This document shows positions 55,296-64,000 of a stretch of 64,000 nucleotides of DNA, piece after piece. The DNA lies in the NCBI GenBank assembly GCA_963845755.1, contig CAWJTV010000013.1, forward strand, positions 32,001-96,000, in the 5' to 3' direction. The translations under genes and the position numbers were made by a program. Positions within the stretch are counted from its first letter, which is position 1; every line of letters starts with the position of its first letter. Under the pieces are notes generated by a model. The model worked only from the letters and a program-made list of their open reading frames with translations. It ran no database searches and was not told the origin of the DNA. Source of the DNA: an uncultured Planctomycetota bacterium (GTDB lineage Bacteria > Planctomycetota > Planctomycetia > Isosphaerales > Isosphaeraceae).

Positions 55296-55463
55296 CGGTC
55301 TCGTTCTTGGGTGGAGGATCGGCCCGCGACGGGGCCTTTATGTATCCTAATGTCCAGGTAAAGCCGCCCCGCGTGCGCCTCCCATGGCGCTCTGCGCGGG
55401 GCATAGGGCAATCGGCATTCCCACCTTCGGCGGCCCGCGGTATCATTCCGCCCGAGGTGCCCT

Positions 55464-55712
55464 ATGCTTTCAGCCGAAGCCCTGACGCAAATGCGCCTGC
55501 ACCTGGAACGGGACGGCATCCGCGTCGATGACGCCAACCGCGAAGCATACCGCGAGCTCGCGCGCGCCGGGATCATGTACCCGGTGTCGACCTTCGCGCG
55601 CGGGCCGGAGGCGTATTTTCGGTTTACCGATTTTGGATGGATGCATCGAGAGAAGATTTTGAGCGGCGAGATTACCTCTCCCTCAACTTCCGCCGCTGCT
55701 CCTCGCGGATGA
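55464..55712 (+). CDS. Small hypothetical protein
   Basis: GAGG RBS. AYRELARAGIM...FRFTDFGW looks winged-helix-like. Confidence 0.6.
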   Translation: MLSAEALTQMRLHLERDGIRVDDANREAYRELARAGIMYPVSTFARGPEAYFRFTDFGWMHREKILSGEITSPSTSAAAPRG

Positions 55713-56143
55713 TCCGCAGCAGCTCCCTGGCCGCGTGCGTGATCGGCAGCGCCGTGTCCGGTGCCATCTCCACCGCTTCCTCGTGCGTATGGCCCCGGCC
55801 CTCGATCTCCTCGTGCGTCAGGATCGCCATGGCGCGGGTCTCGACCGATGCCCGCCGCCACGCCCTATCCGCGCGGGCCGACGGGCTGCATCAGCTCGTC
55901 GTGGAAAATCCCGTAATCCAGGTTCAGGCGTTCCCCCGGCGAATTGCCGCCGCCGTCGCCTTCATGCGGGAAGAATGCCCGCCATCCGATGCCATGCTGG
56001 CGGTCGCTGGCGCCGATCCGGTTGTCGTCGATGCCGAGCTTCTTCAGGAAGAGCGCCGCCCACTGGTCAAGGGCCTTGGCGTTCTCGACGGCATAGGCGC
56101 GCGCCCCTTCGGCGTCGCGTCGGTCGGGCTTGCGGGGTGTCAT
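55672..56143 (-). CDS. Hypothetical protein with HEE...HEE motif (frameshifted near 55870)
   Basis: MTPRKPDRR...AFFPHEGDGGGN... joined to AILTHEEIEGRGHTHEEAVEMAP...RELLRII. Confidence 0.55.
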
Positions 56144-56788
56144 CGGCTATGTCCCCGGTCCATCCTGTCCAGCTCCTTCAGCAGGCGGTATGCCTTGTCA
56201 TCATGCCAGGCATGCTTCTCCCACAACAGAACAGGCGATTACGAACAAAACCAACCATTGCATGAAGGCGATTGGTAATAGCGAGTTCTGCGGATGCTTC
56301 GCACAAAACATATTCGTGAATGTAACCTTCAGCCAATACGTCGAGTTTTTCAGTTTTTCCCCAGATGAATTTGACTATCAGACGCTTTCGCCTAAAGCGA
56401 AGGAGGTTTATAGCAACATGAGGCAAACTTGGGATAAATTTGTTAAATGTTATGAATAGAAGCAATAACTAGATATAGTGTTTGGTCTATAAATTATATA
56501 ATCCCCCCATTCTTCGAAGTTGCTGAACTCGAACGATTGCCATCGGCCTCGCCTCCACGAGGCTCTATACTAACTCGATGTCGCCGCCCTGCGGGCTGAA
56601 CCGCCGGTGCGTGAGCGGCTCGAGATCCTTGGTGAACTTCGACGTGATGACGTGGTGACCCCCGCAGCCGGGCCATGACCGCTTCACTCCCGCCTGGTGA
56701 CGCGGATCGGCCTGACGCTCGAAGCGCCCTACGGGCTGTCCAAACATGGCGGACGACCAACTGTCATTGACCCTGGAGCCTATCGCCC

Positions 56789-57202
56789 ATGTATCGAGAA
56801 CACTTGACGATCGAGACCCGCGGTCGCGGGACTCACGAGATCACGCGTCAGCTCGAGCACGCCGTGGAGCGTTCGGAGATCACCGAAGGACTCTGTCACG
56901 TGTTCATCCATCACACCAGCGCGTCGCTGATCGTTTGCGAGAACGCCGACCCCACCGTGCGCCGCGACCTGGAGAGCTACGCGGCCCGGCTGGCGCCCGA
57001 TGGCGACCCATCGTACGTCCATGACAGCGAGGGGCCCGACGATATGTCCGCCCATCTCCGGTCGATCTTGACCCTCACTTCGCTGACCATTCCGGTCGAA
57101 CGCGGAGCTTGCGACCTGGGGACATGGCAGGGCGTCTTCCTGTGGGAGCATCGCACCAGTCCCCATCGGCGGCGGATCACCATCACGGTCCAGGGTGATT
57201 GA
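56789..57202 (+). CDS. yjbQ: YjbQ / UPF0047 family protein
   Basis: HTSASL, ENADPTV, HDSEGPDDMSAH and LGTWQG. Confidence 0.93.
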   Translation: MYREHLTIETRGRGTHEITRQLEHAVERSEITEGLCHVFIHHTSASLIVCENADPTVRRDLESYAARLAPDGDPSYVHDSEGPDDMSAHLRSILTLTSLTIPVERGACDLGTWQGVFLWEHRTSPHRRRITITVQGD

Positions 57203-57229
57203 TCGGCCGAGCGATCCCGGGAAAACCGA

Positions 57230-57268
57230 ACCACCCCTCCCGCGGGCGGTTGCCACGGGAGGGGTGGT
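57230..57268. terminator. Hairpin between convergent genes
   Basis: 13-bp stem accacccctcccg / cgggaggggtggt. Confidence 0.6.
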
Positions 57269-57338
57269 CTGTCAATTCTCCGGCATTCTTCGGTCAGGCC
57301 CCGCGGTTTTCTCGCGAGGCCGGGTCGGCTCCGGTCCC

Positions 57339-58436
57339 TCAATTGTTGGCGCTGCTGGCAATCCAGCTCGACCAGTTCCACGTGATCGCGGAGATCGGCA
57401 CGCTGGTCACCGGGGGCATGGCCGGCTGCATGGCGGGCGCCATGGTCACGGATACCCGCGGAGCGGCCGGCGTGGGAGCCGCGGGCTGGGCGGCCGCGAT
57501 GGCGCCCTCGAGGGATCCGCCCTGCCAGGAGCCGGTCAGGACGAAGTCCTGCTCGAGATTGACGTTGCCGACGCTGACGCGAACGCTGTTGATGACCTGG
57601 TTGTTGAGGCTCGCGATGAGCTGATACTGGCCCGGGGCGAGCGACATCTCGTAGCCGCCGGAACTCCAGGTCTGCGTGGAGTTGACCTGTCCCGTCGCGA
57701 GGTTCACGGCGCTGATCTGCACGTTCCCCACGCCGTTACCCGAGGCATAGAACCCGGTCTTGCCGGGGTCGTTGTAGGCCACGCCCACGATCTGGGCCTG
57801 CTCGCCGGACTGGGCGCCGAAGTCCTGGGTCACGACCAGCGGGCCGACCGTGGAACCGGCCCCCGTGTTCACCAGCCCGATCCCGGCATCACGATACGCG
57901 TTCTGCGGAGAGACGTTGGGCTGCTGGATGTTCATCCGATGCCCGTCATCCGAGACGCCCCAGTCGAGCAAGAAGGCTTCCATCGCGTCCTCGACCGAGC
58001 TCGCGTAGGCATAAACATTCTCACCGGTTGACGAGGCGTTGTTATAGCCGGCCGCCTGGATCCGCTGCTGAGGCGTGGACCCGTTCGAACCGTTGTGCGA
58101 CTGGAACTGGTTGCTGGCCATGTCCTGGCTGTGCCCCTGGGCGGACTGTGCGAGTTGGGGGCTCCAGGCAAGCGGCGGCTGGACCGGCGACGACGCGATC
58201 TTCTGCAGGGTCGCCTGGAGATTCACCCCGTAATAATTGAGCGTGTTCTGAATCTCCGGCGTGATGTTCTGGGAGATCTCCTGGGCGGCAGCGGACGGAT
58301 CGGTCCGGGCCTCGTTCAACAATTGGAGCATGTATTGCTCGTCGTTGGTCGGACCCTGGCTCGACACCGTCGACAACAACTGACGGGATTCCAGGTTGTC
58401 GAACCGCGGCGCTCGACGGAACTTGGACCGAGCCAT
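57339..58436 (-). CDS. CAP/SCP domain secreted protein with LEPR-XLL-type motif
   Basis: FDNLESRQLLS, LLNEARTDP, AQGHSQDM, GENV and GHRMNI. Confidence 0.9.
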   Translation of the reverse strand: MARSKFRRAPRFDNLESRQLLSTVSSQGPTNDEQYMLQLLNEARTDPSAAAQEISQNITPEIQNTLNYYGVNLQATLQKIASSPVQPPLAWSPQLAQSAQGHSQDMASNQFQSHNGSNGSTPQQRIQAAGYNNASSTGENVYAYASSVEDAMEAFLLDWGVSDDGHRMNIQQPNVSPQNAYRDAGIGLVNTGAGSTVGPLVVTQDFGAQSGEQAQIVGVAYNDPGKTGFYASGNGVGNVQISAVNLATGQVNSTQTWSSGGYEMSLAPGQYQLIASLNNQVINSVRVSVGNVNLEQDFVLTGSWQGGSLEGAIAAAQPAAPTPAAPRVSVTMAPAMQPAMPPVTSVPISAITWNWSSWIASSANN

Positions 58437-58649
58437 GGAGACCTCCCTGTCTATTGAAGATCCGACCGGTGAGCACCCCGACCAGTCGTGATGGGGCACT
58501 TCATTTTCACCGGATGAGTCCCCTCACCATCCATAATGAGGGGGATTTGCCTTCTGTCGGGAAGGCGATCGCACGCGAGGGTTGTATGAACTTTAGGAAA
58601 AAATCCGTGAGGGACGACTGCATCTCTCGTACGGACGCTCCCCCAAAAA

Positions 58650-58664
58650 GCAAGTCACGTGCCA
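58650..58664 (-). promoter_or_regulatory. sigma54 (-24/-12) promoter
   Basis: Minus strand TGGCAC-GTGAC-TTGC, an exact consensus match. Confidence 0.8.
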
Positions 58665-59057
58665 GTTCGAGAACCGAAGCCGATGGATCGGCCATCTCGG
58701 GGCCTAAGTCTCTGGGATTCCAGCGTTAACGGCGTCAAGCCGACATGACCGGCGTGAGGATTGCGATTCTCGTTGATCCGTTCCCGGGAGCAACTCGTTG
58801 CAAGGTGTCAAGTCGTCCTTACAAAAACGACCTTTTTACAAGGACTCACGGCAGCGGTCGAATGACGAATCTTTCTTTAAAGTCATCGGTTGCGTTAACC
58901 GACAGGGCGCATCGAATGGATCGGCGCGGTCCCCCTCTCGCGAATGCGGGAATCGATTGACCAGCCGGTCTGGAAGCAGGAGAATCAGGAATGGTGCGGC
59001 CGATCGCACCATGGAATGACCCGAATGCTCTCGCGATCATGGAAGGAAGTCCAGCCG

Positions 59058-59849
59058 ATGCGCCCCCCGTTCCCTGGCATGGATCCCTGGTTGGAGCACC
59101 CGGATCTCTGGCTGGGCGTACATAACCGCCTGATCGCGGCGATCTCTGATGAGATCGTTCCGAAAGTAGCCCCCAGATACTTCGTCGCCGTCGAGCAGCA
59201 CGCGTATCTGGTCCCGATCCATGGTGACAGGGTCACCGGCCGGCCCGATCTCCTCGTGAGCCGGACGAGATCGCGAAGGCGGCTCCCGGTCCCGTCCGGT
59301 CCCGAAGCTTCGGTTGGAGCAGGCGTCCTGGAGCTGGACGTGGAAGTGCCCGTTAAGGAGCGGGTCGAGGAATGGTATCTCAAGATCAAGCGGGTGGGGA
59401 CTGGCAAGGTCGTCACCGTAATCGAGGTGCTCTCGCCGACGAACAAGTCTCATCGGCCCGGGCGGAAGCAATACCTGCGGAAGCGAGGACACATTCTCGG
59501 TTCGAACACGAACCTCGTCGAGATCGATCTGCTCCGCAAGGGCAAGCCGATGCCGATCCGTCAGCCTGTGGAAAGCGATTATCGCATCCTCATCAGTCGC
59601 GGACAGTCGCGTCCTAGGGCCAGGCTCCTGGCCTTCGGCGTGCGCCAGCCGATCCCGGTGATTCCCATCCCGCTTCTCCCGAAGGACTCCGAACCGACGC
59701 TCGATCTCAATACCGTTCTTCACGCCCTGTATGAGCGAGCGCGATTCGACCTGCAATTCGACTACGCGAATCCGCCGGAACCGCCCCTGGACAAGAAAGA
59801 CGCCGCCTGGGCTCGCGCCATCGTCTCTCCGAAATCGCGCGGCAAGTGA
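59058..59849 (+). CDS. DUF4058 family protein
   Basis: PFPGMDPWLE, VIEVLSPTNK and LVEIDLLRKG. Confidence 0.93.
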   Translation: MRPPFPGMDPWLEHPDLWLGVHNRLIAAISDEIVPKVAPRYFVAVEQHAYLVPIHGDRVTGRPDLLVSRTRSRRRLPVPSGPEASVGAGVLELDVEVPVKERVEEWYLKIKRVGTGKVVTVIEVLSPTNKSHRPGRKQYLRKRGHILGSNTNLVEIDLLRKGKPMPIRQPVESDYRILISRGQSRPRARLLAFGVRQPIPVIPIPLLPKDSEPTLDLNTVLHALYERARFDLQFDYANPPEPPLDKKDAAWARAIVSPKSRGK

Positions 59850-60253
59850 AGGACCCGCGGTGAGGCGACCCTTGACCGCGAGCGGCTCGGAGACCAGACT
59901 GCCTTGGTGAGGCACCTGGCCAAGGGGATGCTGGCCAAGCTCGCCCTGCTCCTCGCCGTCGTGCACTCCAACCGTCGGATCGAACTGCTCGACGTCTGTG
60001 TCTCGATGCTCGATCGCGGCGACCGGAGCGATCTCGCCGCGCGCATCCTGGAGCGGTACACGACGGTGGATCCGGTCAGCCCCAAGGGCTGGCGCGGCTG
60101 GCTCGACGCCAACCCCGACGGGCGGCGACAGCCGAGGTCGAATCGGGACGAAGCCGATAGCAAGCACGTCGTCAGACCGGTACGATGAACGCGCCCTTGC
60201 GGAATGTCCATTTTCTCGGCTGTCTTGATCATCCAAGAGAGGACGCCGTGCCG

Positions 60254-62148
60254 ATGCGCCCCCCTGCTCCGCGCCCGGTCGGAGATGCTGGCTGGGAATC
60301 CTGGGAATCCTCCTGGCCGGCCCGGAGTCGGTCCGAATCGCCTGGTCGGAGGAACCGGCCGGCGCGCGGCAGATGGAGCGACTCGGCCGCGGGGTGGTCG
60401 CCCTCCGTCGCGAGGATGGCCGCGTCTTCGTGAGCTGGCGATTGCTGGCGACCGATCCCGTGGACATCGCCTTCAACGTCTACCGCGCGACCGGCGAAGG
60501 TGAGGCCGCGAAGCTCAACACGAGTCCGATCACCCATTCGACAAGCTTCCTCGACGACCGCGCGGACCGGAGCCAATTCCTGTCATACTCAGTCCGCCCG
60601 GTTCTCGAAGGGCACGAGCAGCCAATCAGCGCCCCGTTCCGGATCCCGGCGAATGCGCCGCCTCGTCCTTACCTGGCGATTCCGCTCCGGACGCCCGAGG
60701 GCTACAGCCCCAATGATGCCTCGGTCGGCGACCTCGACGGCGACGGCGAATACGAGATCGTCTTGCACCAGGAGTCGCGGGGGCGCGACAACTCCCAGCG
60801 CGGGCGGACGGGCGAGCCGATCCTCGAAGCCTACAAGCTCGACGGCACATTCCTCTGGCGGATCAACCTCGGCAAGAACATCCGCGAGGGGGCGCATTAC
60901 ACCCAGTTCCTGGTCTACGACCTCGACGGCGATGGTCGCGCCGAGCTGGTCTGCAAGACCGCGGACGGCACCATCGACGGCACGGCCACACGATCGGCAG
61001 CGCCGCGGCCGATTGGCGCAATCCCTCGGGATATGTCCTGGATGGACCGGAATTCTTGACCGTCTTCGACGGCCTGACGGGCCGCGCACTGGCCACCACG
61101 GAATACCTGCCGCCCCGGGGGCGGGTCGCCGACTGGGGCGACGATTACGGCAATCGCGTCGACCGGTTCCTGGCCTGCGTGGCGTACCTGGACGGTGTCC
61201 GGCCCAGCGTCGTCATGTGTCGGGGCTACTACACGAGGACGGTCCTGGTCGCCTGGAACTGGCGGGACGGGAAGCTTTCGCGCGTCTGGACGCTTCGACA
61301 GTGACGACGGCCCGACGACCAATCGCGCCTATCGCGGCCAGGGCAACCACAACCTCAGCGTCGGCGACGTGGACGGCGACGGCAAGGACGAGATCATCTA
61401 CGGCGCCTGCTGCATCGACGACGACGGCCAAGGTCTCTACACAACGGGCCTGGGTCACGGCGATGCCTTGCACCTCTCGGACATCGACCCCGACCGGCCC
61501 GGCCTGGAGGTCTTCGACATCCACGAGCGGCCCCGGCATCCCAACGGGGCCGAGTTTCGCGACGCCCGCACCGGCCGGCTCCTCTGGGGCAAGCGCTCGC
61601 CCGACGTCGGCCGGGGCGTGGCCATGGACATCGACCCCCGCCATCGCGGCTACGAGATGTGGGCCTCGGGCCAGGGGCTCTCGGGCCTCTGGAACGTCAA
61701 GGGCGAGACGATCTCCGACCGCAAGCCGCGATCCTGCAACTTCGGCGTCTGGTGGGACGGCGACCTGCTCCGCGAGATCCTCGATCGCAACCGGATCACC
61801 AAGTGGAACTGGGAAACCGGCTCCGAGTCGACGGTGCTCGTCGCCGAAGGCTGCACCGCGAACAACGGCACGAAATCGACTCCGTGTCTCTGCGCGGATA
61901 TCCTCGGCGACTGGCGGGAAGAAGTCATCTGGCGGACGCTCGACAATCGCGAGCTGCGCATCTACACGACCACGATCCCCACCGAACACCGGCTCTATAC
62001 CCTGATGCACGATCCCCAGTACCGCCTCTCGGTGGCCTGGCAGAACGTCGGCTACAACCAGCCGACCCAGCCGGGGTTTTATCTCGGCGACGGCATGGCA
62101 ACGCCCCCGCGGCCTCGAATCTCACTCACACAAGTAAGGAAACCCTGA
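60254..62148 (+). CDS. Rhamnogalacturonan lyase, polysaccharide lyase family 11 (frameshifted)
   Basis: MERLGRGVVA, NDASVGDLDGDG, NIREGAHYTQF, RGYYTR, GQGNHNLS and WQNVGYNQP. Confidence 0.93.
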
Positions 62149-63178
62149 TGTCCATTCGCATGAATCGCCAGATCCTCCTGGCGGCGCCCCCAGGGTGAGC
62201 CGAAGGAATCCGACCTGAAGCTCGTGGAGACGCCCGTGCCGGACCCCGGCCCGGGGCAGATGCTCTTGCGCACGCTGTATCTCTCGCTGGACCCCTACAT
62301 GCGCGGCCGGATGAACGCCGGTCCGTCGTATGCCGCGCCGGTCGAGATCGGCGAGGTGATGACCGGTGCGACGGTCAGTCGGGTCGAAGTATCCCAGCTC
62401 GGTGGATTCTCTGTCGGCGACATCGTCGGAGCCTACTCGGGATGGCAGGACTACGCGGTTTCTGACGGCCGAGGCGTCCAGAAGCTCGATCCGTCGCTCG
62501 CGCCCATCACCACGGCGCTGGGCGTCCTCGGCATGCCGGGGATGACCGCCTGGACCGGCTTGATGAACATCGGCCAACCGAAGGCCGGCGAGACGGTCGT
62601 GGTCGCCGCGGCCTCTGGCAGCCGTTGGCTCGGTCGTCGGTCAGCTCGCCAAGGCCAGGGGCTGCCGGGCGATCGGGATTGCCGGCGGCGAACGCAAGTG
62701 CGGCTATGTGGTAAACGAGCTCGGGCTCGACGCGTGCATCGACCACCGCCGATCCGATTTCGCCGAGGCACTTCAAGCCGCTTGCCCGAAGGGGATCGAT
62801 GTCTACTTCGAGAACGTCGGCGGGGCCGTCTTCGATGCCGTTCTTCCCCTCCTCAACAACTTCGCCCGGGTGCCCGTCTGCGGGCTCATCGCGCAGTATA
62901 ACGCCAAGGAGCTGCCGGTCGGCCGCGATCGGATTCCGCTGCTCATGGCCCAGATCCTGATCAAGCGGCTGACGCTCCGCGGCTTCATCGTGTTCGACTT
63001 CGCGAAGCAGCAACCCGACTTCCTGGCCGAGGTGGGACCGATGGTACGCGATGGTCGGATCAAGTACCTCGAGGACATCGTCGACGGCCTGGAAAACGCC
63101 CCACGCGCCCTGATCGGGCTCTTGCACGGCGAGAATTTCGGCAAGCTGCTGGTCCGCGTCGCCGCGGAGGGTCCGTGA
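62148..63178 (+). CDS. NADP-dependent oxidoreductase (MDR family, frameshifted)
   Basis: YLSLDPYMRGRM, LGMPGMTA, GIDVYFENVGG and GENFGKLLV. Confidence 0.93.
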
Positions 63179-64000
63179 TTCGGGACTGGCCGTTTCGAAG
63201 CGCCCATAGCCGTCGTTGCGGATCCACAGTCCGATGCCGGTGCGGTCGTCGTGAAGAACGAGTCGTGAAGGGAGGTACGACTCTCTGAGGAATGCGTGTA
63301 AGGCCCGGAACGGAGCATAGCCCGCGAAGATCAGCTCGGGGGGATTCCGGCGGAGCGTCGCCAGGATCTCCTCGGTCTGGGCCCGGACCAGGGGGTGATC
63401 GCGGTCGGCCTGGTCGCGCAGGAGATTGTTGACGAAGAAATGACGCGTGGGACTATCCAGCCGCGAATAGAAATGCAAAGGGCTCTGCCACCCCCAGACC
63501 AGGAGATGGGGGTGGGTCCAGATCGTCGCGCGACGGGCGAGGTCGCGCCCCAGCGCCCTCAGGACGACCCACTGTCCTCCCCCTTTGTACCGGACCGTCA
63601 ATTGCTCCGGGGCCACGCCCAGGTAGTCGCGTGCCTGGATGAACAGCGTACCACCGATCGCCGCGAGCAAAGCGACCGACGAGGCCGTCGCGATGATGAG
63701 CCGCCCTCGGGTCGAGCGACCGCGAACGGCGGTCCTCGATCCAGATCGGAAACGGCGGGCCAGGACCGAGGCCGAATCCGCCATCAGGATTGCGACCGCG
63801 ATCGCCACCCCGGGGATCGGCAGCAGGTAGTAATGCTGCCAGTACAGGCCCGGGAGGGCGACCTGAAGCCACGCCGCACACGTCCAGCCGGCGGCCAGGC
63901 GCCGCCGCGCGTCGGCCGGCTTGCCGAAGATGAGATAGCTCAGTGCCGGCACCGAAGCTAGCCAGAGGGGCCAGCTCCCGCTCCCCCACCAGACCAGGTA
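63170..64000 (-). CDS. 3' part of a membrane glycosyltransferase-like (GT-C/ArnT-like) protein
   Basis: TM helices, YWQHYYLLP and LLVWGWQSPLHFYS. Open at the window end, 3' end uncertain. Confidence 0.65.

Noticed and set aside
59904..60188. 94-aa ORF between DUF4058 and the lyase
   Set aside because: No motif or clear RBS, possibly a fragment. Not supportable as a feature.
62507..63178. 670-bp antisense overlap of the glycosyltransferase-like ORF with the oxidoreductase
   Set aside because: The extension is the antisense of the oxidoreductase, probably read-through caused by an indel or lost stop near 63180.

Overview
GC-rich bacterial chromosome segment, very probably a planctomycete of the Isosphaeraceae/Singulisphaera type. 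The basis is lineage-typical families: DUF4058, an ECF sigma factor paired with a Ser/Thr kinase, LEPR-XLL-type export motifs, BlaI/M56 and a heme-bearing sugar dehydrogenase. Many genes carry single-base frameshifts, most simply explained as uncorrected long-read indels, so I joined them by eye. Most of the window is ordinary metabolic, regulatory and secreted-protein content. Mobile DNA comprises one complete 2-kb IS with TIRs and a 9-bp TSD, two MITE-like elements with GAG..CTC ends and 3-bp TSDs (one nested in a REP-like repeat), and a REPIN-like hairpin. The most interesting signals are: (1) an intact ClpX paralog with a conserved zinc-binding domain but an apparently dead AAA+ module, divergent from the ECF/kinase operon; (2) an ORF-free sigma54 promoter-to-terminator unit (candidate sRNA) next to integrase arm-like repeats and a decayed island; (3) an RbfA-like gene behind a candidate leader-peptide attenuator; (4) defence-like pairs (ABC-ATPase + TOPRIM-like, PD-(D/E)XK-like + PIN, methyltransferase + HIT/CwfJ-like); (5) near-identical sigma54 promoters on two LEPR-XLL-type secreted-protein genes. 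I saw no rRNA, tRNA, CRISPR array or reverse transcriptase. All family calls are from motif recognition, not database searches.
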